A DNA stretch of 64,000 nt from IMG/VR virus record IMGVR_UViG_3300025418_000011; one strand, written 5' to 3'. The translations under genes were made by a program, and so were the position numbers. This stretch comes from a virus. The notes below the pieces were generated by a model. That model did no database searches. It saw nothing but the letters and a program-made list of their open reading frames with translations, and was not told the origin of the DNA. Below are positions 35,836-45,205 of the stretch, piece after piece; position 1 is the first letter of the stretch; the number at the start of each line of letters is the position of its first letter.

Positions 35836-36189
35836 TCAAATAATTCTATTTAAACAGCCATATAAAAACAAGCCTATAGGTATAACTAAAAAGTTAATAT
35901 TAAATACCAAAGCAATATCTAAACCTAACCAAAATCCAAAACAAATAGGACATGTAACTAAACGAACCAGGAAAGAGTCGTGATAATATTCCTTTAAAAA
36001 TTGAACGTATCCATCCGGATAGCCGTTTTCTACCAATTCATAATATTTGCCTACTTTAAAATATTTAGAAAGCTTGAAAAGATTTATATACTCGGCAAAC
36101 GCATTTGTTCTAAACCAAACCAATAGAATATAAGCCAACCATGCAGAGGCTCCTAACAATATAATAAAATTATTAGGAGCCTCTGACAT
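35836..36189 (-). CDS. DUF1360-like membrane protein with CxxC
   Basis: Two hydrophobic segments and LVTCPICFGFW. Confidence 0.65.
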   Translation of the reverse strand: MSEAPNNFIILLGASAWLAYILLVWFRTNAFAEYINLFKLSKYFKVGKYYELVENGYPDGYVQFLKEYYHDSFLVRLVTCPICFGFWLGLDIALVFNINFLVIPIGLFLYGCLNRII

Positions 36190-36197
36190 ATAGTTAT

Positions 36198-36479
36198 TTA
36201 CTGAGCAGCCGACAACTCAGTAATCTTTTTCTGCAATTCGAATAATAGGTTTTTTTGGGCCGTAGCTGCGATCTTTCGGCTTTGTAGCATATTCATTCTT
36301 TCTGTTAGCTGCTTATTTGCTTCTGTGACTTCGGCAATTCCTGATTCTAGCCCATTGAGCTGATCTTCAACTTGAGCTAGACCGTCCTCTATCAGGAGCA
36401 TAGAGATATGCTTGTCTGTTTCTGTACTTACCACTGCGGGAAGTTCTACTGTGCCTCTTTGTTCATCTTGTGCGCTCAT
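36198..36479 (-). CDS. Coiled-coil hypothetical protein
   Basis: 93 aa with heptads. Confidence 0.6.
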   Translation of the reverse strand: MSAQDEQRGTVELPAVVSTETDKHISMLLIEDGLAQVEDQLNGLESGIAEVTEANKQLTERMNMLQSRKIAATAQKNLLFELQKKITELSAAQ

Positions 36480-36480
36480 A

Positions 36481-36627
36481 TTATTCCTTGGTTAATAATT
36501 CTTTTATCTCGGCGTTGATTCTTTTGATGTCTTCGTTATAAGCCTGCATCTCGGCTTTTTTATTTTTCCTGGTTTGTTCAAGCTCTTGAACAAGACGAAA
36601 TACTTGGGATTCTTTTGATTCTTCCAT
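36481..36627 (-). CDS. Small coiled-coil protein (48 aa)
   Basis: Own translation: MEESKESQVFRLVQELEQTRKNKKAEMQAYNEDIKRINAEIKELLTKE. Confidence 0.55.
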   Translation of the reverse strand: MEESKESQVFRLVQELEQTRKNKKAEMQAYNEDIKRINAEIKELLTKE

Positions 36628-36702
36628 GTGTTTATTATTTGTTTAAGTGTTACTGACGAGAATTAATATATACGATCTCTAGCTACGCGCAAGTGCTTTT
36701 TA

Positions 36703-36735
36703 TAAAAAAATAAGGGTGTGGATTTCTCCACACCC
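36703..36735 (-). terminator. Intrinsic terminator
   Basis: - strand GGGTGTGGA-GAAA-TCCACACCC followed by TTATTTTTTT. Confidence 0.85.
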
Positions 36736-36761
36736 CCATTCTTTTTTAACTGGTCTAAAGA

Positions 36762-37277
36762 TTAGACAGTAGGGCCTGTTTCTGTGTTAGAAACAGAATC
36801 CTTGGTAACAATTGCACTAGCGGACACGGTGACCTGAAGGAGATCACCAGCAGAACCACCAACGTTAGGATTCGTGGATCCGGCTGAACCTTGGGTGCCG
36901 TTACCGCGGATGTAATAAATTACATAGCTGAGCAAAGGACCAGGGTTGTTGTTGGAATAAGTTCCCGTTCCGCCTGTACCAGCGCCCGTGGCTCCTGTAC
37001 CAATGTTGAGCGCGAGAGGACCTGCGGTGAGATCCGTTCCAGGAACAACATCAAGAGCGATCACACCGCCACCGAGGTGGGCCGTGACGTGAGCCTCAAC
37101 GATATAACGGCTGTCAACATCATCAAAGCTGATGGTGTCGCCGCAATTGTAGCTTCCGGCAGGAATAGTGCCGAAGGCCATGCTAGCCTTCTCGTAGCGA
37201 GAAGTGATGAGTCCACCGATCTGATTGTCGGCTGTAACGCCAGAAGCGTTTTTACGAACTGAATATGTGGTAGCCAT
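36762..37277 (-). CDS. Putative abundant virion structural protein
   Basis: 171 aa, Gly/Thr/Ala-rich; C-ending codon bias like the scaffold genes; own promoter (TTGCAA-17-GATAGT) and terminator. Confidence 0.55.
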   Translation of the reverse strand: MATTYSVRKNASGVTADNQIGGLITSRYEKASMAFGTIPAGSYNCGDTISFDDVDSRYIVEAHVTAHLGGGVIALDVVPGTDLTAGPLALNIGTGATGAGTGGTGTYSNNNPGPLLSYVIYYIRGNGTQGSAGSTNPNVGGSAGDLLQVTVSASAIVTKDSVSNTETGPTV

Positions 37278-37423
37278 AATTTTTAATTGTTGTTTGTTTT
37301 TGGTTGAACTATCAACAATGGATTATGCCCTTGCAACAGACTAGGATTACTAATCCAGAGAAACATAAGGTTTCTCCATTGCTGATAGTTATTATTACTT
37401 ATTGTTTGTTAGTATGCAATATT

Positions 37424-37645
37424 TTATTTGTGGCTGCCTCCCACAAACTCATAAAACATTTCTGCAGTGCTGATGATTTCCTTTTTTGATGGATATAGCT
37501 TTTCAATTGCTTCTGGTGAAACAACCTTATTGTCTTTCTCAGCTGCCGCCATAAACGCAGAGGCTTTGTGCTGAAATAATTCAGTACAATACCTGTGAGC
37601 GTCCATAAGAATGTCTAATCTGATTTCGTATGCGTTTTTATTCAT
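37424..37645 (-). CDS. Conserved phage hypothetical protein
   Basis: NAYEIRLDIL...YPSKKEII..AE.FY.FV; strong SD GAGGAGGTG upstream of the ATG at 37645. Confidence 0.7.
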   Translation of the reverse strand: MNKNAYEIRLDILMDAHRYCTELFQHKASAFMAAAEKDNKVVSPEAIEKLYPSKKEIISTAEMFYEFVGGSHK

Positions 37646-37699
37646 GTGTGTGTTCACCTCCTCTTAATATATACCTCTGACACGGTAGGGTTGCAAATT

Positions 37700-38353
37700 T
37701 TAACTTAAAAATATTTTATTGTACAACTTGTCTATTTCGTCGCCTGTGTACATTTTCTTATTGGCTAAATAAATCTCATTTCCCCAGGCGGCTTGCATTT
37801 GGCTATCAGACACGCCGAGATCTCTCATCACACCATAAAGCTTTATTTGCGTGTTCTGAAGCATCAAAACAAAAAGTTGTTTGTCTGGATAAAATAATAT
37901 TCTTCCGCCCATTCCTGTTCTAGGGGCCGGATTGATGTGAGCTTCTGCTTCTCCGCTTTGGCGAATCCTGGAGTAAACCCCAGGAAGCAATCTCTGCTGA
38001 TGAATAGGCTCATACTCACTGCCGTTATACACAACCGTATTCCTGTCTGTGACAAAAGGAATATTCGCAATGGTAATATGTTTGGATTCTACCCGCTGAC
38101 CTGTGCGTTTATCCACCAAGTGCACATCTCCCTTTATTGGGTAAGTAAGATCACGCTTTTCTAAGATAGCCTTTTTCTGGTCCTCTATAGAGAATGGCTT
38201 TGGGTGTATCTCTATGTTCTCTACCTCTAACTTGTGGTCGTTTGTTTCTATCTGCCCTAACTTAGACTTAAAACCTTCTAGCACATGTTTCTGAATAAGC
38301 TTATTCAGTGCATGCGGATCAAAAAAATCTCTGGTATTTTTAGGAAACTCCAT
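37700..38353 (-). CDS. rpoB: RNA polymerase beta subunit, N-terminal fragment
   Basis: KRDLTYPIKGDVHL = RGVTYSAPLRVKL; IANIPFVTDRNTVVYNGSE = MGEIPLMTDNGTFVINGTE; QQRLLPGVY = QLHRSPGVF. Confidence 0.88.
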   Translation of the reverse strand: MEFPKNTRDFFDPHALNKLIQKHVLEGFKSKLGQIETNDHKLEVENIEIHPKPFSIEDQKKAILEKRDLTYPIKGDVHLVDKRTGQRVESKHITIANIPFVTDRNTVVYNGSEYEPIHQQRLLPGVYSRIRQSGEAEAHINPAPRTGMGGRILFYPDKQLFVLMLQNTQIKLYGVMRDLGVSDSQMQAAWGNEIYLANKKMYTGDEIDKLYNKIFLS

Positions 38354-38552
38354 TTGAAAGCTTTTTTTGCACTGCTCTTGTTATTATTATCCAGGCACTG
38401 TGATAATCTTCTTCTGATAAGAAATCTTCTGCTGTTAACTCTACCTCTATAGGCTTACCAGGGTAGGTCACTTTTTCTTTTTCTCCGCCGATTTCTTCTA
38501 GGTATGTTCCTTTTATTTTTAAAGACGGAATATAGATTTGTTTAGCTTGCAT
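38340..38552 (-). CDS. Hypothetical protein
   Basis: 70-aa ORF in the operon. Confidence 0.55.
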   Translation of the reverse strand: MQAKQIYIPSLKIKGTYLEEIGGEKEKVTYPGKPIEVELTAEDFLSEEDYHSAWIIITRAVQKKLSNGVS

Positions 38553-39030
38553 TGTTCAAATCCTCTGTGAGTAAGGATTCAAGATATGCTTTAGTCTTCT
38601 CATCTTCAAGAAGTTTTTTCATTTCAGGATATTTAGTTTCTAAAATAACCTTTTTTTCAGGTACCTCAGAAGTTTCTGGTGCGTCTGGACCCGCAATGGT
38701 ATTTACCGCACCTTTAACGGCTTTTGCTGTTAATACACTTCTAAGCACATGAGGATCTATGAGTCCTGCTAACTTTTCTTGCCCTTTAACAGGAGAGCCT
38801 ATGCTGTGCACTTCGTTAGCTGGAGTATTAAAAATGGTTTTTTCAGGGCCTAAGTTTAAATTCAACTTTCCCTGCATTTGTGGAAGCAGTGGAGCTATTC
38901 CTGGATTAGGTCTGGGTGCAATATTATCTAATATTTTACTCACACGGGAGGTTAAGAGGTTGGTTAAAAAACCTCCCTCTTTTTCCATATCGGAAAATCC
39001 TCTTTCAAATTCGCTCCAGTCTATTTTCAT
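38542..39030 (-). CDS. Putative head-associated protein (K-x-A family)
   Basis: EFERGFSDMEKEGG, QEKLAG. Confidence 0.55.
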   Translation of the reverse strand: MKIDWSEFERGFSDMEKEGGFLTNLLTSRVSKILDNIAPRPNPGIAPLLPQMQGKLNLNLGPEKTIFNTPANEVHSIGSPVKGQEKLAGLIDPHVLRSVLTAKAVKGAVNTIAGPDAPETSEVPEKKVILETKYPEMKKLLEDEKTKAYLESLLTEDLNNAS

Positions 39031-39761
39031 CCTATGTTGTAAGGTTCTAATTCTACTCTGGTAGGAATGTTAGAGATATAATCCTCAGCGTGATTTTTCT
39101 CTCTAAGCTTCTTCTTAATAACATAAGTAAGATAAGCACTACCTGCGCCTGTACCTATTAATCCTGTGGCACCTAAATCAATAACAGGGTCAACAGGCTT
39201 TTTCAAGATACCTAGGCCTTTACCAAGAAGTCTCTTTAGGCTGTGATCGCTTATTTCTACATCTTCTGCAGTATTACCTGCAGTTTTAGGAAGAATTTCA
39301 CTGATGGTCGCTTCTGCAGCCAATCCATTGCAGAATGCATCCACGTTAGGGGTTTCTAATTCACCCTGCTTAATCTTTTGAAGTGTTTGGAGATATTCTT
39401 TTTGCGCATCCTGAAGTTCACGCTGTATCTGCATCTTCTGTTGCTGAAAGTATTCTCTCCTGGCTTCGTGAAAGCCTGCCTCACCACCAAACACAGAGCG
39501 AATTGGGTTTCTGTTGAATCTGATTGCTCTTCCTATCAACCCAGGAGAAGCCTCGCCCTCTTCACTGGTTTTGTGCAAAGTATTTACAGGAATAGGAATT
39601 CTCAAGGTGTCTCCTCCACCAAGACCTTCCATTCTGCGGGTGGCCTCTTCCTGTTCTTTTGCAAGTTGTATAGCACTGAACAAGCTTCTGCCAAAAAGCT
39701 TAGAAGCAAGATAAGCCTCTTCTGGAGATAGAGGTATTTTTGTTTGGTTGTTATTATTCAT
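39027..39761 (-). CDS. Putative head-associated protein (K-x-A family, C-terminal hydrophobic segment)
   Basis: LHKTSE, LPKTAG, GATGLIGTGAGSAYLTYVI. Confidence 0.55.
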   Translation of the reverse strand: MNNNNQTKIPLSPEEAYLASKLFGRSLFSAIQLAKEQEEATRRMEGLGGGDTLRIPIPVNTLHKTSEEGEASPGLIGRAIRFNRNPIRSVFGGEAGFHEARREYFQQQKMQIQRELQDAQKEYLQTLQKIKQGELETPNVDAFCNGLAAEATISEILPKTAGNTAEDVEISDHSLKRLLGKGLGILKKPVDPVIDLGATGLIGTGAGSAYLTYVIKKKLREKNHAEDYISNIPTRVELEPYNIG

Positions 39762-40122
39762 TAGAGGTTTCCTTCTTTTTTCCGTAAATCACAAAGACTC
39801 TATAACTTCCTTGAGGAGTCCAATTATCCTTGTAGTAGCTGATCACATATTTCTCGTCGTTCAAGAGCCTGGACAGCATTTCACCATCATGCTGCTTTTC
39901 TGGGTCTAATACGATGTTGTGAAACTCATATATAGAGAGATCCATCTTTGGCTTTTTAGCCCAGCCCTTGGCCTGCTCAAAGGCATCTACTGTTTTTTGC
40001 TGATCTAGGATCTCTCCTTTTAATTCTCTCTGGATGCTGCGCTTGGGCTGAGGCCTGAAGTCAGGACTAGCTGTTCCAAAGTCAAAATGTTCTGTTGCTT
40101 TTTCTGTGTTAGTGTAGGCCAT
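39754..40122 (-). CDS. Hypothetical protein
   Basis: 122-aa ORF in the operon. Confidence 0.6.
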   Translation of the reverse strand: MAYTNTEKATEHFDFGTASPDFRPQPKRSIQRELKGEILDQQKTVDAFEQAKGWAKKPKMDLSIYEFHNIVLDPEKQHDGEMLSRLLNDEKYVISYYKDNWTPQGSYRVFVIYGKKKETSNE

Positions 40123-40480
40123 GTTCTTGTTTTAGTTTGTGGGTTAAATTTCTAATCATATGTACCTTCTGCCTCTCTCTGGCTAGGGCTTGATTTAATT
40201 CTGAAACATTATTTTCCATCTCGTCAAAAGCCATGCCGCCAGCAGCTCCTGCTGCGGCGCTTGTGTTCATGGCCCAATGAGGAAGACCTCCTGCAATACC
40301 TGCAGCAGGACGAATGAGAAAGTCATTCATTACATTAAGATCAGACGCAACCTTCATGGCTCCTTCTGCCGTATTGATATTAGCCAGGGCATGCTCGAAT
40401 TCCTCCAACGAGCTTCCGATCTTCTGAAGATCATCGGCTAATACTTCTTTTATTGTTTTTGCGTAAGATGTTAAGTTCAT
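40109..40480 (-). CDS. Putative head-associated protein (K-x-A family, Gly zipper)
   Basis: LQKIGS, AMKVAS, AAGIAGG...AAAGAAGG. Confidence 0.55.
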   Translation of the reverse strand: MNLTSYAKTIKEVLADDLQKIGSSLEEFEHALANINTAEGAMKVASDLNVMNDFLIRPAAGIAGGLPHWAMNTSAAAGAAGGMAFDEMENNVSELNQALARERQKVHMIRNLTHKLKQEHGLH

Positions 40481-40860
40481 AGTACTGTGACTGTTCCTGT
40501 ATCAGGGTCCCAACGTGTAAATTTCGAGGGACCCATCAATTTGTTTAATATTATATTTCCTAATCCAAAACCTGCCAAGCTCATAAGTACCTGGCTAGTG
40601 CCGCTCATCTTTTTCCACCTAGCCACAGCCAGAGCCAAGGCTGCCCCTGCTGTTCCGGCGAGCAAATGACTGGCTACATCTGGTGAGTTGAGCATTCTCA
40701 ATATGTGGGTCTTTTGATCCTGAGAAAGAGCATGGTCTGCTTTTATATATTTTGCAAGATCCGCAGGAAGCATTGTTTCTCCTGGACCTATCAAACTAGA
40801 GAAATCCAGCGCACCTCCTAGCTCCAACCCTTCCATGCCTGTTGAGATAGCTTCGTTCAT
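40477..40860 (-). CDS. Putative membrane-interacting protein (two hydrophobic Gly-rich helices)
   Basis: LLAGTAGAALALAVARW; LMSLAGFGLGNIIL. Confidence 0.55.
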   Translation of the reverse strand: MNEAISTGMEGLELGGALDFSSLIGPGETMLPADLAKYIKADHALSQDQKTHILRMLNSPDVASHLLAGTAGAALALAVARWKKMSGTSQVLMSLAGFGLGNIILNKLMGPSKFTRWDPDTGTVTVL

Positions 40861-41657
40861 TTTAAAGCCCCTCCTAACCCCACAAGAGCTCCACCAGCGA
40901 GCAATGGAAGTCCAACAGATCTATTGAACTCTTGCCCTGGGTTTGCCTGCATTTGCTGATTATATTCAGGGCTAAGTTTCTTTCTAAGATGATTCAAGAG
41001 CAACCCTCCAAGAATTGTTCCACCTATGGTGAGTAGAGGGTGTGAAGCCATTGCGCCCATAGCTCCTCTCACATTGTTGATTCCTCCGAACATGAGATGA
41101 GCCGCATTTTCAGGAGAGCCTAGAAGTCCGTTGAATTCTGCAGTTTTAATTTCTTCTTCTCCTCCTCTCAAGAGTGCTTCTGGATCAACTTTAGGAATGA
41201 CTTGCGATTCTTGATTTTTAATAGCCTCTAACCTCTTCATCATCTTTTTAGATGGCAGATATTTCCAGTTTCTGCCTTCACTGTGCTCTAACACAAATGT
41301 AGGATTTTCTCTGCCTGTGGCTAGGGTCATATAGATGCTGTGCGGGCTACTTCTGTGGATTTGGGCCGTGCCTCCGTGCAGTTTGTCTTTCTCAAAGTCT
41401 AATATATTTATATCTTTGAGTTTTTCAACAGGTTTGAGTTCTCCTCCGAACTCACTCAATCCAAAGCCGTAAACATGGTTACCATCAGATAGCCTCAACC
41501 CTTCAGGAGTAACCACATATTTCCAGTTCTTCTGCCCTGAGAAAGATGGAAGTATATTCTCGTTAGCCAGGTGGTCTACATAGCTATTGAAATCTCCCTT
41601 CTTCTCGTTGAGGAGGTCATTAAAGCCCAAGCTAAAAGCCGTGAGGTCTAAATCCAT
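40857..41657 (-). CDS. Putative head-associated protein (K-x-A family, Gly zipper C-terminus)
   Basis: ATG at 41657 preferred; EIKTAE, then IGGTILGGLLL and LLAGGALVGLGG. Confidence 0.55.
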   Translation of the reverse strand: MDLDLTAFSLGFNDLLNEKKGDFNSYVDHLANENILPSFSGQKNWKYVVTPEGLRLSDGNHVYGFGLSEFGGELKPVEKLKDINILDFEKDKLHGGTAQIHRSSPHSIYMTLATGRENPTFVLEHSEGRNWKYLPSKKMMKRLEAIKNQESQVIPKVDPEALLRGGEEEIKTAEFNGLLGSPENAAHLMFGGINNVRGAMGAMASHPLLTIGGTILGGLLLNHLRKKLSPEYNQQMQANPGQEFNRSVGLPLLAGGALVGLGGALK

Positions 41658-41659
41658 AT

Positions 41660-42760
41660 TTATCTGATAGAGGAAGGCATCGCGTCTCTGCTCCAACCAT
41701 AACCATAGCTAGCTAACGGGTTGCCCCCTCCCATAGCAGAGTTCATCATGCCTGGTAAGAACTTATGGCCTAGAAACCCGCCTAAAAGTAAAGGAGTCAC
41801 TGTGCCTAGAGGAAGCCCCAATTCTTTGCTGAGCATCAATGCACCTAATGCGCCTCCTGCCGTACCAGCCAGCTCGTTAGAAATTCCTGGAATCATTTGG
41901 TGTTGGTTCCAGGGCGGCTGACCATATTTGAAGTCTCCCCCATCTCCTGAGATAGACCTACCCAGTAAAGCTCCTCCTCCTAATGCACCGGCACCAACGC
42001 CAGCAACTCCTGCTCTACCTAATAGTCCGGCAGCCCCTCCTAGCGCGGCTCCTCCTAAAGCTCCTGGTAAACCTCCCAGTGCACCTATTCCACCGCCGTA
42101 GAGGGCCCCCTTGCCTGCTTTGTTCCATCTACGTGCCCAGAATCCTGGACCCATGAATCCAGGGTCTCCTGACTGTGGAGTTGCTTGAGGGGTGGAAGTT
42201 GTGGGTTCTGCTGCAGGTGTAATAGGCTCCGCAGCTGGATGCGCTGCTTCTGATGCAGGAACTCCTCCAGCCCCTTCTGAAGCACTGAAGCCAGGACGAA
42301 TCTTATTTGCCTCTTCTCCGACACCCATAAATGTATTTTTCAATCCTTGCAGCATACCCTCACCCTTTCCTGCTTCTCTCCAGGTGTCTCCTACTCCCTT
42401 GAAAACTCTACCCAAGCCCTCACCTATACCACCTAGTCCCCTGAGGAGTGAAGCTTCTCCTCCTGCGGTCTTCTCGTTGAACTCTCCTGCAATCTTCTCT
42501 AGTTCAACCTCGCTCTCTTTGAAGAATCCCTCTATGAATGCTTCGTCCTTTCCTTCTTCTAGCAAAGCCTCTTTCACGCCCTTTCTGAACTCTAGACTCT
42601 CTTCTCTCACTTGATTCAACAGAGCTGAAGTCTTCTCCAGGAACTCCATAGTCTCTTTGTTCGAGAGTATTGTATCCACTATTCCCAGCGAGGCTTCTTT
42701 GGATATTCCCTCCTGAGATAATACTTCTAACATTCCTGACTTCAGTGCTTCTGGATTCAT
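41660..42760 (-). CDS. Putative head-associated/ejection protein (multiple K-x-A, long Gly zipper)
   Basis: ISKEAS, LEKTSA, LEKIAG, NEKTAG; GGIGALGGLPGALGGAALGGAAGLLG. Confidence 0.6.
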   Translation of the reverse strand: MNPEALKSGMLEVLSQEGISKEASLGIVDTILSNKETMEFLEKTSALLNQVREESLEFRKGVKEALLEEGKDEAFIEGFFKESEVELEKIAGEFNEKTAGGEASLLRGLGGIGEGLGRVFKGVGDTWREAGKGEGMLQGLKNTFMGVGEEANKIRPGFSASEGAGGVPASEAAHPAAEPITPAAEPTTSTPQATPQSGDPGFMGPGFWARRWNKAGKGALYGGGIGALGGLPGALGGAALGGAAGLLGRAGVAGVGAGALGGGALLGRSISGDGGDFKYGQPPWNQHQMIPGISNELAGTAGGALGALMLSKELGLPLGTVTPLLLGGFLGHKFLPGMMNSAMGGGNPLASYGYGWSRDAMPSSIR

Positions 42761-43871
42761 ATTCTGGGTTTGCGCAAGATTTAGTTCTATCGATTTTATC
42801 TTTAGAATGCTTTTTTTGCAAGTCAGGATTCTTCTCTAATCCTCCGCACCCTGTTTTGTGTGTATGTAGGAAGAAATAAGCCACAGAGTATGCCATCTCA
42901 CGAGCATTTCTAACCAGCTCGGCACCATCATCAGGATTCCACTCAGTGGACAGTCTATCACTCCAATCATACACACCAGTTATGTATCCTAGATAGTTCT
43001 CAAACTCAGAGGTTCTGCTCTTCCAGGTTATATATTTGTTATCTCCAGCCATTCCCATAGAAATAGCTTTGTCTAACTTAAGTTTAGATCTCATATCCTC
43101 TTCTGACCAACCTTTATCCGCCCAGAACACCACATGAGTATGAGGATGAATCACACGGCTAGAGATAGAAGTAGCACTGCACTCATGACTGTAGAAGTAG
43201 TCAGAGATAACGCCAGAGCGCTTCAATGCCATCAACCTACCTCTGGTTTTCTTGAAGTCACCGTCCAAACTAGATATCCATTCTTCACCGTGATCTGGAA
43301 TGTGAACATCATCTTCATGAATAACAAAGGTCATAGCACGTTTACCAGACCTGAAGAGATCAGAGATAGAGAGCGAACGCTGATTCAACCACTTTGTACT
43401 ATCATTCCTAGTAGTATATGGGTTGAGAGTCTTGCTTTTGAGATTCTTACCACAAACTCCTTTCTTATATGAGAGCATACTGTTTAAGAGAGAACCAGAG
43501 CTCAACAGGCTATCACCAGTAAGAGCAACAAATGAGCACCAACGAGTAAATTGGTTCTTACGCTTCATACCCCATGCAGGATAGTAAATGATTCCATGAT
43601 TACCAGATCTACCTTCACCCTGAACTTCTTTCTCTAGTATTCTAAGTATGTTCCAACTTTCACCAGGAGTGAGATAATCCCAACCAGCAATTATAGAGCG
43701 CATATTTGTAGGGTCTACTTCAGCTCTAGAGGTGGGAGAATAGTCTAGGGGTTTGTTCATACACCTGTTCGCCCCTAAAGCCAACCATTCGTTAATTACC
43801 CTATCCCTTGGGCGGTTAGGTTTCATGTCCACCCCACACAATTGTCCGGCTAACTCTTCTTCTGAAAGCAT
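42504..43871 (-). CDS. Rolling-circle Rep-like HUH endonuclease (Rep_1/pC194-like, divergent)
   Basis: AMTFV (motif 1), YFYSHECS...IHPHTHVVFW (E + HUH motif 2; cf. RALEVT...YHPHFHVL), ENYLGYIT (motif 3 Tyr). C-terminal ~85 codons overlap 41660..42760. Confidence 0.65.
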   Translation of the reverse strand: MLSEEELAGQLCGVDMKPNRPRDRVINEWLALGANRCMNKPLDYSPTSRAEVDPTNMRSIIAGWDYLTPGESWNILRILEKEVQGEGRSGNHGIIYYPAWGMKRKNQFTRWCSFVALTGDSLLSSGSLLNSMLSYKKGVCGKNLKSKTLNPYTTRNDSTKWLNQRSLSISDLFRSGKRAMTFVIHEDDVHIPDHGEEWISSLDGDFKKTRGRLMALKRSGVISDYFYSHECSATSISSRVIHPHTHVVFWADKGWSEEDMRSKLKLDKAISMGMAGDNKYITWKSRTSEFENYLGYITGVYDWSDRLSTEWNPDDGAELVRNAREMAYSVAYFFLHTHKTGCGGLEKNPDLQKKHSKDKIDRTKSCANPEYESRSTEVRNVRSIISGGNIQRSLAGNSGYNTLEQRDYGVPGEDFSSVESSERRESRVQKGRERGFARRRKGRSIHRGILQRERG

Positions 43872-43877
43872 GGGCTC

Positions 43878-43906
43878 AAATTATCCACAGAAAGCACGGT
43901 TGTCAA
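43878..43906 (-). promoter_or_regulatory. sigma70 promoter giving a probably leaderless mRNA for the HUH gene
   Basis: TTGACA-17 nt-TAATTT; the ATG is 6 nt after the -10 box. Confidence 0.6.
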
Positions 43907-44051
43907 ATTCTCTGTACTGGAATCTTTTGGATGATGGAATGTGTAGGAGAGAGATGTTAAAAAGAGGGATCTATCTAATAGACTAGGTGGCCCTTGAAAT
44001 CCTCGCTTCCAATATAGGGGTTTATAGAGTATCCTAGTCTGCAAATACATT

Positions 44052-44363
44052 ATGAAACAGCTAGAGAATATTCATTCTATCACAGTAAGAGGCAGAAGGT
44101 ATAAATTCCTATTGCTACCTAATCTGATTAATGAAACCAAGAACAGAGGGCGCACGGATAACCCAGAAGCCAAAGGTAAAACTGTGGTTGTAGATCCAGA
44201 TCAATCACCTAAGGAGATGCTGGCTACTCTTTTGGATGAGTTGATACATTGTGCTGTTTGGGAATTAGACAATGACATCGTGGATGAAATCAGTGATGAC
44301 ATAGCGCATGTACTCTGGAGATGCGGATTAAGATTTGTGGATAACCCAGAAGAGGTGGACTAA
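44052..44363 (+). CDS. Small zincin-like phage protein (degenerate HExxH: DELIH)
   Basis: TLLDELIHCA, IAHVL. Confidence 0.55.
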   Translation: MKQLENIHSITVRGRRYKFLLLPNLINETKNRGRTDNPEAKGKTVVVDPDQSPKEMLATLLDELIHCAVWELDNDIVDEISDDIAHVLWRCGLRFVDNPEEVD

Positions 44364-44413
44364 CTTCTTTAAAAAGGTTAAAATATTCTAGTATAACCAA
44401 CATATCTAATATT

Positions 44414-45205
44414 ATGAGCATAACCGGAAAAACATTTCAGGGAGGAAGGCAGCCAAGAAGTCATAATCCCAAGATTCCCTTCATGCGCACACTGCTGGCG
44501 GGCAAACCAATTCCCGCTTTTCCGGAAGAAGTTGATTATACCGTAGGAATGCCCAGCAATCTGGGAGTGATGATGAATGACCAACTGGGCGACTGTACCT
44601 GCGCGGCGTTCTATCACGCACTACAGGTTTGGAGTTATAATACAACAGGGCAGTTATTAACAGAAGACGACGCTGAAGTTGAAATCCTGTATGAGCGCGC
44701 TTGCGGATATATACCAGGTAATCCTGCCACAGATAACGGTGGTAATGAGCAGCAAGTTCTCACCTATCTTCTCAATGAGGGGGCACCTGTAGGGTCGGGA
44801 GACGCAGAGAGACATAAGTTGACTGCTTTTTATGAAATTCATGTTAATCACATTGACGCCATAAAATCTGCTATCAATGCATGTGGTGTGTTGTATATGG
44901 GTATAGACGTTCCTCAATATATTACTCCTCCAGAAGGCAACCCTCCCGCTGTTTGGACACTCGAACCTTCAGCAGACAATACTATAGTAGGAGGGCATGC
45001 CATTATTGCTGCCGGATATAATAATGTTGGATTAAAAGTTATTTCATGGGGGCAATATTACACAATGACTTGGGATTTCTTTAGTAAGTTTACAGATGAG
45101 GCATATGCTCTTGTGGACGTTGAATGGGTTAAATCTAACAATTCTACTCCTGCGGGTTTAACCCTAGACCAGTTAGAGCAGGCAATGGCAGAGCTCAGGA
45201 ATTAA
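44414..45205 (+). CDS. Papain-like cysteine peptidase (C1 family)
   Basis: NDQLGDCTCAA (Gln, Cys), VGGHAIIAAGY (His), ISWG. Confidence 0.85.
   Translation: MSITGKTFQGGRQPRSHNPKIPFMRTLLAGKPIPAFPEEVDYTVGMPSNLGVMMNDQLGDCTCAAFYHALQVWSYNTTGQLLTEDDAEVEILYERACGYIPGNPATDNGGNEQQVLTYLLNEGAPVGSGDAERHKLTAFYEIHVNHIDAIKSAINACGVLYMGIDVPQYITPPEGNPPAVWTLEPSADNTIVGGHAIIAAGYNNVGLKVISWGQYYTMTWDFFSKFTDEAYALVDVEWVKSNNSTPAGLTLDQLEQAMAELRN

Noticed and set aside
43993-43999. CTTGAAA as a pC194/phiX174-type nick site (CTTGATA)
   Set aside because: One mismatch in a 7-mer is expected by chance. Noted only because it lies inside the inverted repeat next to the HUH gene.
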